DNA of 64,000 nt from Schmidtea nova. Lineage: Eukaryota. Positions 14,040 to 25,750 of this stretch are shown piece after piece. The notes beneath the pieces are model-generated. The model saw only the letters and a list, made by a program, of their open reading frames with translations. It ran no database searches and had not been told where the DNA came from. The stretch lies in the NCBI GenBank assembly GCA_044892505.1, contig CM097882.1, positions 449,624,001-449,688,000 of the forward strand. Direction: 5' to 3'. The translations under genes and the position numbers were made by a program. Each line of letters starts with the position of its first letter. The stretch's first letter is position 1.

Positions 14040-14137
14040 TCTTTTTTCTATTTTTATGCTTCAAATTGAAATTATTCGTTTTTCTCGCTGTAACAATGTA
14101 TAGACAGAATTTTATTCTCTACAAGATGGCCAAAATG
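14040..14137. other. Unique ~98-bp spacer (loop) at the symmetry centre of the palindrome
   Basis: Only internal stretch with no inverted partner; flanked by ...GCAGCGCGCAAAACACAACATTT / AAATGTTGTGTTTTGCGCGCTGC... Confidence 0.85.
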
Positions 14138-14861
14138 AAAATTTAAAATGTTGTGTTTTGCGCGCTGCACACATGTTTTGTTGTTATTAATTGGTTTTCT
14201 TTAATGTTGTAATAAAGATAATGAGTTTTCACATTAACAGTGTATATGTAGAATTTAATTTCCTATAAAATGGCTTAAATTAAAATATAAAATTAGTTAT
14301 CTTTCTTGTTGCACACATTTTTTATTGTTATTTTTGTAATTTTAAAATAATTTTTTAGAGTTTTCATTATATGTTTAAATTTTCCACTAAATTGTTTGAT
14401 TAGAAATTTAAAAATTATCGTGTTACATATGGGTTTTGTTGTAAATAATTGATTTTATTTGCTGATTGATACTTTAATTATGTTTTCATTGTAACAATTT
14501 ATATTCTAATTCTCTACAATAATCATTATGTAAAAACTAATAACTTTGCGAATAATTAGTTTTCTTTTAATTAATTAATTTTTATTTTAATTAATTAATT
14601 TTTATTTCAATTAATTTACAATTTATCTAATAATTAATTTTAATTACTTGTAATAATTTTTATAATTTATTAGTGTAATTTAACTTTAAAATTAATCTTA
14701 ATTTATTAAATTGTATTTTAATAATAATTTATATTTAACATTAATTGATGACATATATTTATAACAATAAATTACGTGTTCAATAATTTTACAAAATTTA
14801 ATTGTAAACATAAATTACACTGTGGTATTTACAAACGTGTGTGTATGTTTCCTCGAATTTG

Positions 14862-14894
14862 ATTGGTTAAAAATTTTTGAATTTAGTATATAAA
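14862..14894 (+). promoter_or_regulatory. Putative Pol II promoter of right pPolB (ATTGG at 14862, TATATAAA at 14887)
   Basis: Lies ~100 nt upstream of ATG 14994, followed by a 47-nt GTAAGT...TTTTAG 5'UTR intron (14942-14988). Confidence 0.45.
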
Positions 14895-14993
14895 CAATAG
14901 TTTTTCATTTAAGAATCACTTTTTACTGCAACCTAAATTTGGTAAGTTATTTTTGTTTTAAAGTTTTTAAATAATCAACTTATTTTAGATAAA

Positions 14994-15159
14994 ATGAACA
15001 ATACCAACAATAATATGGATATTACCATGATCAATGATTACAACAACGATGTCGACAACAATATGAACAACGTTATTGGTAACAATGTTGAAGCATCTGA
15101 AACAATGGATAGTTTAATGAAAAATAAACTTAACGATGAAAAGAGAAAAGAAAATAACT
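14994..15159 (+). CDS. pPolB first coding exon (Asn-rich), right copy
   Basis: 55 codons + 1 nt, GTAAGT donor at 15160, TTTAAG acceptor ending 15955; spliced frame reads ...RKENN-C-KLFPNFCRSSIHDNKCIEI-MVKYY with no stop. Confidence 0.7.
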
Positions 15160-15955
15160 GTAAGTATCGATTTATTTAATGATTGCAATTTATAATTAAT
15201 TACCTTTGTACATAAAAATTATTTTAAATTATTTAATAATTAGTTTTCTTTATCAATTTTGTAATTTAACGGGTAATCTTTATTTATTATTCAAAGAGAT
15301 TTGTAATATTTATCATTGATAAGTTAATAAATACTAATGAGAACTTAAAATAATTAACTATATTATTTAAATTAATAATTATTTTTTAATTAGTTTTGTA
15401 GTGTTTACTAATTTTTGAAAATTATTTACAATTTTTGAATTTGAATTTTTATTTTATAACTAATTATTAAAACAATTCTAGTTTTAATTATAATTATTCT
15501 AATTTTTTATAATAATAAATTAATTAATTTGAATATAAAATTAATTTGAATATTGATTATTATTACTTATTGTTTTATTTATTTATTTATTTTTTTTTTT
15601 TAATAATGTTTTAGTAATTAAAGTTTTTGTAAATTAATTATTAATAAATAATTTTCTATCATAGTAAATAATGTGTTCTATATGAAAATTATTATAATTA
15701 ATTAATATTTTTAAATTACTTGTAAATAATTTAAATTTCACATCTTTGAGTAAAACTTATTATTAAAACAATTCTAGTTAAGAATATAATAATTAAAATT
15801 AATTAATATTATTTTTCATAATATTTAAATTATTTAATTAAATTTTTATTATTGTAATTATTAATTAATTTATATTAATTATTGTATAATGACATTTTAA
15901 TATTAAAATACTTGGCATTTATTTTTCATATTTTTAATTATTTTTTATATTTAAG

Positions 15956-18900
15956 GTAAACTTTTTCCGAATTTTTGCCGATCATCAATTCATGACAATA
16001 AATGTATTGAAATAATGGTAAAATATTACCGATATTCGTATAAAGGAGTCACGTTTTTTATATGTCCCGTATGTAAGACCACCCAAAATTCTACTTTTTT
16101 GAACTTTTATGATGACCATAAGGATCATTTAAGGAAATTTAGATCTTCGAAAAAATCCATTTTTAATTTAACAATAGATAATAGTGATATCAATGTTATT
16201 AATAATAAAAGAAAAATCCTTATCGATAATCCACTACCTACAAAAGTTAGAAAATTAAGTAATATAGTTGACGAGGTAATGTCCGATATGAAAATTCTTT
16301 CCGACTCTGACACAAGTTTTAATAATGACATTAACACCATAGATGTTCAATATGGTGGGTCCCTTCTTCCTAACGTTAAATTTGATTTGAGAAAATCTCA
16401 CGCTGTTGTAAAAATGGATGTTTCTCACTTGGTTTTGAAAACTTTAATTTTACCTGATATTTTAATTAATAAACTAAATAATGTTATTAATGAGATGGGT
16501 TCAGTGAAAATACAATTTTGTATTGATGTAGAGTTTGAAAAAGATGGTGAATTTCAATCATTTATCATTTCAAATTCTGCGAGACCCATGAGTGATAACT
16601 TTTTTGATGAAGGTATCACTCTTTTAAATGAAAAAAATAGCATTAATTAACGATAAAGGGAGTAATTGGGTTATTAACAAAGTTAATGAAATTCATTTTG
16701 TATTAACTAAATTTGCCCAAATTAGTCGATTGAGTGGTAGAGGTCATATAAATACCCCTCAATCTTTAGTTGCGAAACATTGTACAGTAAATGTAATTAA
16801 TTCCGATGATTTATGTTTCATTTATAGTATTTTAGCTATTTTGAAATATGATAAGGTAACTGATCGTAATAATAGAAATAGAGCAAATAATTATAATATT
16901 TCTGATCTTGACTTTGACCCTTCAGAAATGCCCATGAGACTTTGTAATATTCCGAAATTTGAGGCTATAAACCCTGGACTTGCAATTAATGTTCTTTCTT
17001 ATGATGAGGATGCTCTTCTTGATACTTTGGCAAATCCTGAAGTTTTTAAACACCCTTGTGTCGATATAATTCATAGGTCAAAAGTTGTCGGTGGTACTCC
17101 TATTAACTTGATTTTGTTGGAAAGTGGTGATGCATATCATTATATTGCAGTTACCGATATTAATAGGCTTTTAAATTACGACAATAAATCTCTTTCTGTT
17201 GCTCGCGTACAAAGTATATGGTGTCATCGATGCTTGAATGGATTTCGAAAACAGGAAGCATTCGATTGTCATCAACAGTTGTGTGCTAAAAATCAATTAG
17301 GCACAACTCTTTATACTCTGCCTAGAAATAAAAATTTACAATTTAGTAATTGGGGCAAAACAATTACCCCACCTTTTGTTGTTTACGCCGATTTTGAAGC
17401 AATCTTACCTACTGATGATAAATATTTTCAACGACATGTCCCGATATCTGCCGGTCTTTTACTTGTAAATAATTTCACTGGAGAAAAGATTTACAAGAGT
17501 TTCTTAGGTCTTGATTGCGTTACTAATTTTCTTACTGAAATTAGTGATATTTCTGAAACTATTGTTTATCCCTTTTATAGAACTAATTACAAGAAACCTC
17601 TTTTTATGACATCGGCTAATCAACAATCTTTTGATTCTGCTACTATTTGTTATCTTTGTAAGAAAACTTTAGTACAACCAGTCAGAGACCATGATCACTA
17701 CACTGGTGAATATTTGGGTGCAGCATGTAATTCTTGTAATCAATCCCGTCGGTTATACAAGTTTTTACCCGTTATTTTTCATAATTTAAAGGGTTATGAC
17801 TTGCATCATATTCTTAAATATGGTTTGGCTAATTTCAAAACTTGGAAAATTTCTTGTATTCCTACAACCAGTGAAAAATTCTTAACTTTATCAGCAAGGG
17901 TCAGTGATTTAACCATTAAATTCATCGATTCTTGTCAGTTTGTAAATTCTAGCTTAAATGACGCTGTTAAGACTCTTACTTGTTTGCCTTTGACTAGATC
18001 TGAATTCACCGGGACTATTGTTGACTGTAAGGGTATTTTTCCTTATGATTTTGCAACATCTTTAGAAATTCTTAACAACACTTATGAGTTGCCACCAATC
18101 TGGAAAGGTGTTAAGCAGGCTGAATACGACAAGGCATTAGTTATTTGGAGGGAAACCCAGTGTCAAACTCTTTGTGACTATATGATGGTCTACCTTAAAC
18201 TGGATGTTTTTCTTCTTGCTGATTTCTTTCAACAGTTTAGGGCTAAATCTATAGCTCACAATAGACTTGAGCCTTTGAATTTCTTGGGTATTCCAGGTAT
18301 GTCGTGGGCTTCTGCGCTTATTACCTTGGATGAACCTATTGAATTGCTCCAGGATATGGAGATTTATAATTTTTTCGAAGGGGGGATCCGTGGTGGTTTG
18401 ACATTTGTCAACAAGCATCATGTAGTATCCTCCGAAACGACTGAACTTTTATATATTGACATAAATAATTTATACGGGTGGGCTTTAAGTCAAAACTTAC
18501 CTTACGGTGAATTTAGTTGGATCACAGATCAAAATAAATTAAATAAATTAATTAAATTAATGGATACTGATTTGGCTATTTTGACTTATGGCGTGACTTT
18601 TGAAGTGAATCTTGAAATCCCTTCAGAAATTCACGATAAATTAAATGATTTTCCGGTTGCAGCAGAGAAAATGTGTGCTCCGGGTTCAAAAGTTGAGAAG
18701 TTAATGTTGATACATTATCCAAAGTTCAACTATGTTGTTCATTGGAGGCTTCTCAAGCTTTTTGTTTCTTTGGGTGTTAAAATAACACGAGTTCATCGGG
18801 CTGTTCAGTACAATCAGAAACCCATTTTTAAAAAATATATAGATACAAACACTGAACTTAGGGCAGCATCTTCTACAGCTTTAGATAAAAACTATTACAA

Positions 18901-19741
18901 ACTTTTGAATAATAGTCTTTATTGGAAAACGGTTGAAAATCTTAAAAAACGACTTAATTTACGACTATGTAATTCAGCATCAAAACTGATTACATATACT
19001 TCAAAACCTACCTTTAGAAAAACTTATAGAATTGACGATGACCTAATTTCTGTCTTGCTTAATAAAGACTCTGTGTGTTTAGATAGACCCAGCTACATTG
19101 GTCAAACTGTACTGGATTTATCTAAACTTAGGATGTACCAGCTGCAGTATGAAGAGTTACAAAAATATCGTAATGAATTCAATTGCGAAATTAACATCGT
19201 TGCTGGTGACACCGATTCTTTCTTCTTGGAGATTAGAAATTGTAGGTTAGATATTCTTTTACCGGCAATGATAAGAGATTGTCTTTTGGATACATCGAAT
19301 TACGACCCTAGTCATTCTTTATATTCGAAAAAACTTGATTCGGTTATAGGAAAGTTTAAAGACGAAAATAAGGGTCATAAATATAAGGAATGGGTTTTTC
19401 TTAGACCTAAATGTTATAGTCTTTTAGGTGATAAGGAATGTTTAAAGGCTAAAGGTGTCTGTTTGAAAGAAACTAAACTGAAGCATCGGTCTTATCTTGA
19501 TTGTTATAGAAATAATACTATAGTTTCAGTAGAGCAGTCTCGATTTGTGAGTAAAAATCATCAAATTTTTACTAATAAGTTTTCAAAAATTGCCTTGACT
19601 AATCTTGATGATAAAAGACTTTGGGTTGATAAAAATGAAAGTCTTGCATACGGACATTATAAGGGATGTGGCTCGTTTAAAGACCAATCAAAAGATCAGG
19701 TTGGTGTTCCAGTTTCAGATCCAGCTCTCAATTCAAATTAA
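15956..19741 (+). pseudogene. Protein-primed DNA polymerase B, main exon, right copy; +1 A frameshift at 16631-16637
   Basis: Same motifs as left copy; A7 here vs A6 in the left arm splits it into ORFs 16015-16650 and 16628-19741. Confidence 0.92.
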
Positions 19742-19764
19742 ATATCCAATTCAGATTTGTATTG

Positions 19765-19770
19765 AATAAA
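19765..19770 (+). terminator. AATAAA polyadenylation signal of right pPolB (mirror at 8406-8411, - strand)
   Basis: 24 nt after the stop codon. Confidence 0.5.
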
Positions 19771-20245
19771 ACTTTGTTAAAAAAATAATTGGTTTCATTA
19801 TATTTAGTTTTATATTTCTTTAGACTGTTATGTTTAATTGTTTTTAAAAATTTTATGTGTTGTCCAGATTTGAATTGGTTTTATCGTTCAGGGTTTTCAC
19901 CTGATTAGTGTAATATTTTAAGGATTTGTGTAATTCGTTTTTATTTATTGTAAAAATAATTGTTTTTGTTTACAAATATTAATAAATTTCATCTGTTCTT
20001 GCAGTTGCGCTCTGTTGAATCGTCTTTAAAATTTTGACTATTGTCACAATTCTCGAATTAATTCCATCTGTTTTCATAGTTCTCACGCTCGATTTTCTAA
20101 AGTTATCAGTTAAAAAACAATTACTCAAAATGTTAGCCAGTACATTCAAACAAAAATTTCATTTAATTAAGTAAAGAACATGTTTTCGTTTGTGGTACAG
20201 ATAATAATTAATATGTTGTGTATTTTAACGTTACCAACAGTAGTC

Positions 20246-20464
20246 ATGGGGGTTACACAATGGTGTGTTTATCTTAGCAATAGGTACTTCAGGACTTAAA
20301 TATTAACATGTGTGGTTACCTTAGCAATAGTTACAGGGAGACTATACTTTAATGTGTGTATTTACCCCGGGACTATATATTGATCTGTGTGTTTACCTTA
20401 ACTATATCTTCCCCAGGACTATATATTGATGTGTATGTGTTAACTTTAGCAACATCTGGCTATA

Positions 20465-20531
<67 letters not shown>

Positions 20532-21120
20532 ATGTGTGTGTGTGTTTACCCTGGAAACAGGTTCCTCAGTGAATATATAATGATGTGTGTGTGTTTACCT
20601 TAACTACAGGTTCCTTGGGGACTCCTTATACGCGCGTGTTTATCTTAGCAACAGATTCCAATGCATTACACTTTAATGTGCGTATTTACCCTAGCAATAT
20701 CTTCCCGGTAATTATATATTAATATTTGTGCTTACCTTAGCAATAACTGCCTCGAGGAATATATTGATGTGTGTGTTAACCCTGGCAACAGGATCCTCGG
20801 GGAATATATATTGATGTGTGTTTACCCTAGCAACACCTGTATTTAGGAATATCTTGATGTGTGTATTTACCTTAGCAACATCTCCCCGGTAATTATATAG
20901 TAATGTGTGTGCTTACCTTAGCAATACCTGTCTCGAGGAATATTTTGATGTGTGTGTGTTTACCCTAACAACAGGTTCATCGGGGAATATATATTGATGT
21001 GTGTGTGTTTACCCTAACAACAGGTTCATCGGGGAATATATATTGATGTGTGTGCACGTTCACCCTGACAACACCTGAATTGAGGAATATCTTGATGTGT
21101 GTATTTACCCTAGCAACCGT
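20246..21120 (-). repeat. Subterminal tandem array (right copy)
   Basis: Mirror of 7070-7930, with (AT)31 at 20468-20529. Confidence 0.9.
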
Positions 21121-21164
21121 TGCTAGTTGAAAAAAGTGGGGCTGTGCGCTCACTATCCCCTACT

Positions 21165-21170
21165 GTTGAT
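21165..21170. repeat. Right 6-bp target-site duplication (GTTGAT)
   Basis: Identical to 7020-7025. Confidence 0.9.
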
Positions 21171-22045
21171 TAATTTTTCTTGGCAAAATTTTAATGTCAA
21201 ATAGTTTTTTTATTAATATCAATTTACTGAAAGATCTTTGGCATGATGCAGATTATGAAGCAAATTCTCATTGCAATTTCAATATTTGGAAATAATTCTT
21301 TCATTTCAAAATCACGAATATACCGTAGCGGCTCTTGCGGAACCGTAAAAGGATGTTACACTTGATGCTTAAAGCTGAAAATCTCAGAGCAAAAATCCTT
21401 AAATCGTGGTTATATTTTAGTGACAGATTTTTTGCTGATTTTGTAAGATCATTGTGTCATTGTTTCTGCGTCACTTGATATACTGAGCTCTAGGCAGGAG
21501 CATTGTTTGTCTAGTCCTCTTCGGGGCTGCAAATAAACATTCGTAATACAAAAAAAGTGTAGGTTGATCAAGAACCAAAAGAGTGAGGTAAAGTGTTATA
21601 TCATTGTGAGTAGTATGAATTAAACCTCAAATACGATGACTTATTGGTTTAATGTGCCCTATTATTACCTTTATGTTAAATATTTAAAGAATAGTAGAAA
21701 AGATGACGGATAAATAGATATAAACTTGATAACTGTTTTTATCCTCTTCACTGTGCATCACGAGTAAACTCTTTTTAAACTTTCTATTTTTTAAGAAAAA
21801 TAGCAGTAAAATTTGAACATATCAGTTTTCTTTAAAATTTCTGTATGACCACGTATTTCCATTTAAAGTAATGTTCTATTTTTTCAAAATAGAGTAAACA
21901 TCAAATTTAGACAAAAGAAAAATATACAGCCTTTAAAAAAATTTTGAAAATTCATTTCGCTGAAAAAGAAGTAAATTTAGAATAAATTATGTTTCGTTAT
22001 TTATTGTTAATTTTCCTTATCACAAAACGATAACTCTAATTTGAG

Positions 22046-22535
22046 TAAGTTGAAGGATATGTCCAGTCTTGATCCGTATGAGTAATTGCGCGTTTTTTGA
22101 TAAGATTCTGTAAGTGTGTTTTGTTTAAATGTTTGAAATTTTTTTATTATTATTAAACTAAATATTTTTATTGATTATTTATTAATTGATTTAATTAATT
22201 AATTTTTTATTAATTCTTTTTTATTTATTTTTATTCTTCTTCTTATTATTTAAAATAATAATAATAATAATAAATAAAGTGAATAAATACATAAAGTATT
22301 TTGTTTAATATTTTTAAAGAAATAATATTAATAATAAATAAATAATAATATTAAAATAAATAAATAAAATAATTTATCAAATATTAAAAAATAAATCAAG
22401 AAATAATTAATAAATAAAATATTTAGTTTAATAATAATTAAAAATTTGAAAACATTTAAACAAAACACACTTCAAAAATCTTATCAAAAACGCGTGACAG
22501 GTCATGCGGATAGAGACCGGACATATTCTCCTACT
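22046..22535. mobile_element. Degenerate MITE with long inverted ends
   Basis: GATATGTCCAGTC...GATAAGATTCTGTAAGTGTGTTTTGTTTAAATGTTT matches the reverse complement of 22440-22530; boundaries approximate. Confidence 0.55.
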
Positions 22536-25242
22536 TCTTTGTCGTTATATTCTTATACATTTTTAAGGATAAACTACCGAAGAAATATTATAGAAAATAA
22601 TTAAAAAATATTTCTAATAACATTTTTGATATATTAAAAGAAAATATTGTCATAGCACCAAAGATAATTAACATGTATTTAATTAGAATATTCACAAATT
22701 TTATTGCACATTATCGTCCACATTGATGACTGAAGTGTTTTAAATAATGTTGTAGTTTTATATGCTGGCGCATTTTCACCTATTTTTCTTGCAATCCCTA
22801 ATTTAACTGTTTTTTTTAAAACTGCAGATAATAATAATAATAATAATAATAATAATTTCAAAATTTCAAATAAAAAAATAAATCTTCATAGTTAAACATT
22901 TGACTATAGTGTTGGGGTTTGACTGAAAATGTATGAAATAAAATAAAACGCTCAAAATCTATGTGCAAATCAATAAAAATAAGAAAATTAAAAAAAAGAA
23001 TAATAAAAGTTCAAAAAATAAATAAAAATTTGTAAAGCTAAAAAATAAAGATTTAGCGGGGAAACTGACATGGGAGGATGTCAAATGATGAAACGAGTTC
23101 AAATATGGTAATATAAAATCAAAAAGAGGTCCCAGAAAGAAATATTAAGAAAAAACATGTTAATTAAAGAAATTTATTACTTAATGGAAAACCCGAGCTA
23201 ATGGGAAACCCGAGTCATCAACAAACTTTTTTAATTACTAAAGAAAATTGGACAATGTATAACTTTGGTGAGCAGCGATAAATCGAACAAATTAACTTTC
23301 GAGAAAACATATGGGAAAAGGGAAATTTTGAGCGGTAAGGGGAACCCGAATCAAAAATAACATAATTTGGTGTAGGACAAATGAAGCAATAAGCGCTGAT
23401 CAATAATACAATCAAATATAAGATTAATTTAATTAGAGAAACGAATCTAGTATTCACACCAGTTGGTTGAAGATAGTTTAGCGAAGGCAAATTTTCAAAG
23501 TTAACAGAAGGCTAACTAGAAGTCATGTTGAGGTTCACAGAATATCAACTTGATCTTATATAAATAAATAAATAAGTCAAAACTGGTTCAATATTTTATT
23601 TAATCAAAACAAATATAACAATTATCCAAATAAAATAATATCACATCCACCAGTTTAATTGTCTTTGTCTTTGTGCGTATATATTATATATGCAATGTGT
23701 AATGCTGAATGCGGTTCTGAGCTTGATTCTTGATGCTCATTTTTAAAATTTCCAATAGTTGATAACAACTATGAAATTCTTTTTAATCGCAATGATTTTA
23801 AGTGTGGTTTAACTGAAATATCAGTCAGTTTATATACTAATGTTTAACCTTTTGATTAGTAATTTTTATTTTACAATTCAATCTCTACAGAGTGAGTAAG
23901 GAGTGCAATCGGCAGAAAACGCACCGGTACGTTCATACTCTGAGAAGTGCAGTCAGCCTTGAATGTATGGATACGTTCATACTAATCAACGGGTTAAGTT
24001 ACTTAATCCTCTAATAATGTTTGTTATTTTTCTAATTAAGTTGATTGAAAATGAAATTGTTTTCAAAACAGAATTGTTTTTTAACCATAAAATTGAAAAT
24101 ATTATTTCTTTTTTGACTTTTATAGGTCATAAATATAATTTATTTAAACAAACAGTAAAAATTTATTTTATTATTAATTTATTTTATTTTTATTATTTTT
24201 ATTATTATTGTTATTATCATCATTATTATAATTTATTTCATTGAAATTAATATATTAAAATATTTTCCAATAATTAAATTAAAATATAAATCATTATCTA
24301 AATAGTTTCAAAAAATAATTTTCAAATATAAAAAACAAAATCATAGTCATTTTCTAAATAATTTTAAAAATAAAATTAATTAACATAAAAATAATTTTTC
24401 TAAATCACAAAATGTTTTTCAAATATATAGTTTTATAAAATGAGATGAATACAAATCAATAATAATTTGTTAGGCATTTGGCTATCTTCAGCTTCATCAT
24501 GTATTATCCAATTCTTTACGTTTGCGTATACTTTGTACGTACTTATTCCCGCTTCTAACAGTCACTTCAAATTAATTATTTGCGAACCAGAAAAAGGGAT
24601 CTCCCATTGGAAAACCTACCCCTATCGCTGAAAAGTGTAGAAGCAAAGTGTATCTGTTATTGCGTATTGAAATTTAAATAAAAGTTATTGTATAGGAGTT
24701 TTTATTCAATTTATTTATAAGGAAAGGACACAGGGAGTCAGAAAGTAGCCGACTATTTAATAATAATCCAACTATTTAGATAAAAATATGAAAATAAAAA
24801 TCGATAGAAAAAATTCGAAAATAAAAAAACAGATAAAGAAAGAAAGTAATAATAACCCTCTCGGAGAACTTACTACAAAAACTCCAAAAATAAAAAAATG
24901 TCGAAAACAATTATATAGTGATTTAAAGCCAAATAATTGCAACAAAATTCCTGGAGTTGCCTGGCCATCAATCAAAAGTGTACGTTAGGCAATTAATAAT
25001 TTGTGAGTATAAGTTTATATATTTATTTAACTGTTGAGTTAAATACAATTTATTTATTTATTATCGTTGTTCTCATTTTTAATTTTTAGCGTAATTGTAA
25101 CATACATCTTACACATCATTCACTACAGTTGTCTCTATACGTTTTTAAAGGTGACTCTGCTGGGGCAGTAGGCTATTTTGTATGATTTTAGAAGATTTTG
25201 TTTATGAAAAAAGATTAAATTATTAACAATTAAATTTTACAG

Positions 25243-25750
25243 GCTGTAAATGTATTTTCGTCAGAAGACTGGATGACCCTGCTAGTGAATTCAAATTCCA
25301 TAATCCTAGCTTACAGTTTACCACCGAATGAAGGAGTTCATACAATTGAATTGACTCAGGGAGGAATCCATATCCAAGATAATACTTGGCACCGAGTGAT
25401 AATAAATCTCAATAAACCGAGAGAAATACTCTACATTCACATTGATGATGTTGAATCACTTACAAATGAAATAAAATTAAAAAACTCAAAGAAAACTTTG
25501 TCAGAAATGAGTTTTATTTCTTTAAGTCTTGGCGGAATATCGGATAACAGCCAATATACTCAGTTTTACAATATTCTTCGAAATAAAAGCCCCGAAGTCA
25601 GTAAACTTTTTGCTGGTCCAGATGAACTAAAATTTATCGGATGCCTTGGCGACATATTGGTTATAAATAGCAGTTACTCTGGCAATCTCATTCAGAAACC
25701 TAATGTTAATTCCTATCCAAAAGAAAGTCTTTTTTGTCGAGCATGTCAAG
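25243..25750 (+). CDS. Neurexin-like protein exon, second LamG domain
   Basis: TTTTACAG acceptor, phase 0 matches exon 6507-6862; IQDNTWHRVII...LSLGG...FIGCLGDI LamG motifs. Confidence 0.85.

Larger units (their letters stand above)
7026..21164. mobile_element. Fully palindromic (foldback) Polinton/Maverick-like element carrying only pPolB
   Basis: 5'-AGTA...TACT-3' termini, 6-bp TSD, protein-primed PolB in each arm, two ~7-kb inverted arms around a ~98-bp spacer; no other ORF with recognisable motifs. Confidence 0.9.
14138..21164 (+). repeat. Right arm of giant inverted repeat
   Basis: Reverse complement of 7026-14039. Confidence 0.95.
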
